Assembly (NCBI RefSeq): GCF_002803295.2 | Contig: NZ_PGGB02000010.1 | Coordinates: forward strand, 13,457-45,456 | DNA from: Caedibacter taeniospiralis | GTDB lineage: Bacteria; Pseudomonadota; Gammaproteobacteria; Francisellales; Francisellaceae | DNA: 32,000 nucleotides | Reading direction: 5' to 3' | Part shown: piece after piece, positions 29,286-32,000 of the stretch | How the letters are laid out: each line of letters opens with the position of its first letter | Position numbering within the stretch: the first letter of the stretch is position 1 | Notes under the pieces: generated by a model | Database searches by the model: none | What the model saw: only the letters and a program-made list of their open reading frames with translations | What the model was told of the DNA's origin: nothing | Position numbers and translations under genes: made by a program

Positions 29286-30680
29286 CTATCTCGCACAGGA
29301 TATGGGGTTTTTGGACTTTTTATAAAGCCAATAAATTGCCATTGGCAATAGCACCGCGGGCACACCAAAATAAAAAGCAGGTCTTAGTTCTTCGTTGAAA
29401 AACAGCAACAAAAGACAGGCAACTTGCAGCCATATCCCCAGCAATGGCACAAGTGGATAGAAAGGTGTTATAAACTTACCCTTAGGTTCAATCCTATTCT
29501 TCTTACAGTATTTTCTGAAATTGTACTGCGACCAGCAAATAGAAATCCAACACACGGCTCCAGTAAACCCTGAAATGCTCAAAAGGTAAGAAAATGCCGT
29601 ACTTGAGGAAAAGAAATAAGACAAAATTAAAAATATCCAAATGCAAACCAGTGTAAATATAGCCGCAGGCATCGGCACCTGATGGCGATTTAGTCGCGAG
29701 AATATTTTAGGCGCCATCTTTTGTTTGGATAACCCATAAAGCGCACGCACTGTGGCATACATACCACTATTTGCACAGGAAAAAGCAGCAGTTAAGATGA
29801 CAAAAGTAAAGACCCCTGCAACCCAGTGAAAACCATACTGCTGTAGCGCTAAAACAAACACTGACGTGTCACTGTCCATTTTGTTCCAGGGGAAGATTAA
29901 CACCAACAACAAAACGGGAATCAAATAAAGTAACACAATGCGAATGGCAATATTTCGCGAGGCTCTAGGGATTGCCACATCGGTGTCCGTCGACTCAGCT
30001 GCCGCAAGACACACGATTTCTGAACCCTGAAAATTCACCAGCAATATTACCATTAAGCTCATCACCACCAGCTTGCCATGTGGGAAAAAGCCACCATCAG
30101 CCAAAAGGTATTCAGTCCCAATCGTTGGCACTTTTCCACCGCTTTTATAGAGTCCGAAAAAGATAAAAATAGCCAGTACGCTAAACATCACAATTGCCGC
30201 AATTTTGACAATCGCAAGCCAAAACTCCATCTCACCAAAAATGCGCACCCTAGAAATATTGATGAGGGTAATCAGTAAACCAAAGAGCATTGCCCAGGTG
30301 AAAGCAGGAACGCTGGGTATAATATAGTGCATGATCATACCCGCTGCCGTACACTCCGCAGGAATATAAGCGACCCAGTTTAACCAATAGGACCATCCCG
30401 TGCCACATGCCCAGGTTGGTGAAATATAGTCGTTGGCATACTGGATAAAGGAACTTGAGCTTGGCATTGCCACCGTCAACTCACACAGGCAAAGCATCAC
30501 TAAGAAAACAATTAAGCCTCCTAAGGCGTAAGAGATTAAAACGGCAGGTCCTCCTTGAGCTATGATATAACCTGTTCCCAGAAAAAAGGCCGATCCAATA
30601 ATTCCACCTAAAGATATCAACTCAAGATGACGTAATTTAAGGTCTTTTCTCAGTGTTTTTACTTCCGTCATAGGGATCAT
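29286..30680 (-). CDS. APC-superfamily amino acid permease
   Basis: 464 aa with about 12 hydrophobic segments. The N-terminal LKLRHLELISLGGIIGSAFFLGTG signature is typical of the AAT family. Confidence 0.85.
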   Translation of the reverse strand: MIPMTEVKTLRKDLKLRHLELISLGGIIGSAFFLGTGYIIAQGGPAVLISYALGGLIVFLVMLCLCELTVAMPSSSSFIQYANDYISPTWACGTGWSYWLNWVAYIPAECTAAGMIMHYIIPSVPAFTWAMLFGLLITLINISRVRIFGEMEFWLAIVKIAAIVMFSVLAIFIFFGLYKSGGKVPTIGTEYLLADGGFFPHGKLVVMSLMVILLVNFQGSEIVCLAAAESTDTDVAIPRASRNIAIRIVLLYLIPVLLLVLIFPWNKMDSDTSVFVLALQQYGFHWVAGVFTFVILTAAFSCANSGMYATVRALYGLSKQKMAPKIFSRLNRHQVPMPAAIFTLVCIWIFLILSYFFSSSTAFSYLLSISGFTGAVCWISICWSQYNFRKYCKKNRIEPKGKFITPFYPLVPLLGIWLQVACLLLLFFNEELRPAFYFGVPAVLLPMAIYWLYKKSKNPISCAR

Positions 30681-30791
30681 GCCTTAAGTTTAGAGTGACA
30701 GGAAAAGCGAATATTAGAGCCAATTATTTGGGGGGTCAATGAAAATTTTGACGACAGAAATAAATTTTTTATTCAGTTATTTAATCACCCC

Positions 30792-31457
30792 TTAGCAAGC
30801 TAAGAGCTTTTCACGCATCTGATCAATAATGACCTGGTAATCCTGTGCACCAAAAATTGCGGAGCCCGAGACAAAAGCACGTGCTCCACACTTGGCAATT
30901 GGTTCAATATTATCGACGTTAACACCACCATCAACTTCGAGTAAAATGCCCTCTTTGTGATGCTTGATCCACTGAGAAACTTCACGGATTTTGCCATACA
31001 TCGCAGGAATAAAACTTTGCCCACCGAAGCCTGGATTGACGCCCATTATCAACACGCGATCAAGTTTATCAACAACATGTTCACATACACTCACTGGGGT
31101 TGCTGGATTAAGTACCAAACCTGCTTGAATTCCATAGGATTTAATGAGACTTAGACTCCTATCGACATGTTTTGACGCCTCAGGATGAAACACAATACTG
31201 CTCGCCCCAGCTTCGGCAAACTGCTCAATCATTGCATCCACGGGCTCCACCATTAAGTGCACATCCATACCTGTGTTGATGCCATCCTTGCGTAATGCTT
31301 TTAACAGCATTGCACCGAAGGTAAGGTTAGGCACATAATGATTATCCATCACATCAAAGTGAATGTTATTTGCACCCGCTTTTAGCACTTTTCTGACATC
31401 ATCAGCCAAATAGGCTAAATTCGCCGACAAAATTGAAGGGTTAATTTGAAATTTCAT
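30792..31457 (-). CDS. rpe: Ribulose-phosphate 3-epimerase
   Basis: [46 protein letters not shown] and VDGGVN motifs. Start set at ATG 31457. Confidence 0.93.
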   Translation of the reverse strand: MKFQINPSILSANLAYLADDVRKVLKAGANNIHFDVMDNHYVPNLTFGAMLLKALRKDGINTGMDVHLMVEPVDAMIEQFAEAGASSIVFHPEASKHVDRSLSLIKSYGIQAGLVLNPATPVSVCEHVVDKLDRVLIMGVNPGFGGQSFIPAMYGKIREVSQWIKHHKEGILLEVDGGVNVDNIEPIAKCGARAFVSGSAIFGAQDYQVIIDQMREKLLAC

Positions 31458-31526
31458 AAAACTACATTCCATACTACAGTGGCTGAATGATGGCTAATTG
31501 TATCTCAAAGCATGCTAAATTTCTTA

Positions 31527-31554
31527 GTAGGGGTGAAAAATATTTCGCCCCTAC
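31527..31554. repeat. 12-bp-stem hairpin related to the GC-rich repeat cores
   Basis: gtaggggtgaaa-aata-tttcgcccctac with one G-T wobble. Shares CGCCCCTAC with the family B cores. Confidence 0.5.
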
Positions 31555-31582
31555 TTACATTGTGTTTTAACTACTATTTTTC

Positions 31583-31708
31583 GGCTCTGACTATCTTTCC
31601 GCCCACCGTTACCCTGCGCGAAGTCGTTAGGGTTATTTGAAAGCTGGATTCCCGCCTTCGCGGGAATGACCGTGTCTCTTTTGTTTGGGCGGAAATTTTG
31701 TCTAAGCC
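31583..31708. mobile_element. MITE-like element, family C copy 2
   Basis: ggctctgactatctttccgccca (31583-31605) and tgggcggaaattttgtctaagcc (31686-31708) as TIRs. Perfect hairpin attcccgc-cttc-gcgggaat. Flanks are TATTTTTC (31575-31582) and TATTTTC (31709-31715). Confidence 0.75.
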
Positions 31709-31718
31709 TATTTTCGGT

Positions 31719-31795
31719 GCTGACAATAATATCTTTGCCCATGATGGCGTATTGCATACCTTTGCAAAACTGGGCGGACATTCTGTCCAAGCCCA
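31719..31795. repeat. MITE-like element, family B copy 3 (central hairpin partly deleted), abutting C copy 2
   Basis: gctgacaataatatctttgccca (31719-31741), gatggcgtattgcatacc, and tgggcggacattctgtccaagcc (31771-31793). A further solo inverted motif, ggtcatgaccatgttcccgcc, lies at 31798-31818. Confidence 0.6.
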
Positions 31796-31916
31796 TTGGT
31801 CATGACCATGTTCCCGCCTATTTTCAAAAAATAGCCCTGGTGCCTAATGACTCGAGTAGTTTTGGTCTTAGCAAACTGGTATACTTTTGCCATCTTAAAT
31901 TGCCTGAATCGATCGT

Positions 31917-32000
31917 ATGCAAAAACTTCCCATTGGTATTTCTGGTTTAGAGAAAATCATCACAGGTGACTATATTTACGTCGATAAAACCAGACATGTT
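31917..32000 (+). CDS. 5' end of an AAA-ATPase-like domain protein (PF09820-type, often fused to a PD-(D/E)XK nuclease domain); runs off the right edge
   Basis: MQKLPIGISGLEKIITGDYIYVDKTRHV matches the characteristic N-terminus (KLPIGI..FEK....Y.YVDKT) of this family. Only 28 codons are visible. Confidence 0.6.
   Translation, partial: MQKLPIGISGLEKIITGDYIYVDKTRHV

Noticed and set aside
31551-31950. 81-, 94- and 61-aa ORFs between rpe and the AAA-ATPase-like gene
   Set aside because: They are entirely composed of C and B repeat sequence. Peptides such as VIPAKAGIQ and MQYAIMGKDI recur wherever the repeat occurs, and there is no RBS.

Overview
The window is mostly a housekeeping chromosomal segment from an AT-rich gammaproteobacterium. 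Gene content and the dense palindromic repeats are reminiscent of Legionellales/Coxiellaceae-type bacteria, but I cannot verify that here. Gene order: dnaG (partial), yqeY, rpsU | tsaE | AddA/RecB-like helicase-nuclease, small HTH ORF, rsmB, suhB | trmJ-rnhB-pheS-pheT, HEPN/MNT toxin-antitoxin pair | PAP2 phosphatase, ychF, pth | apt-mutY | frameshifted GH57 glycosidase, glgC | nudF, trxA, rho, gshA | speA-like decarboxylase, APC permease, rpe | 5' end of an AAA-ATPase-like gene. I saw no rRNA, tRNA, CRISPR array, transposase, integrase or phage genes, and no convincing novel multi-gene system. The most unusual content is non-coding. At least three families of MITE-like palindromic elements are present, several with terminal inverted repeats and perfect target-site duplications. 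One copy is inserted in frame inside the helicase-nuclease gene, which recalls Rickettsia palindromic elements. Secondary items: a small accessory islet between pheT and ychF (HEPN/MNT pair plus PAP2 gene, flanked by MITEs); a single-nucleotide frameshift splitting the GH57 gene; an untracked 56-aa HTH-like ORF with phased upstream repeats; and a decayed 5' remnant of an AAA-ATPase-like paralog.
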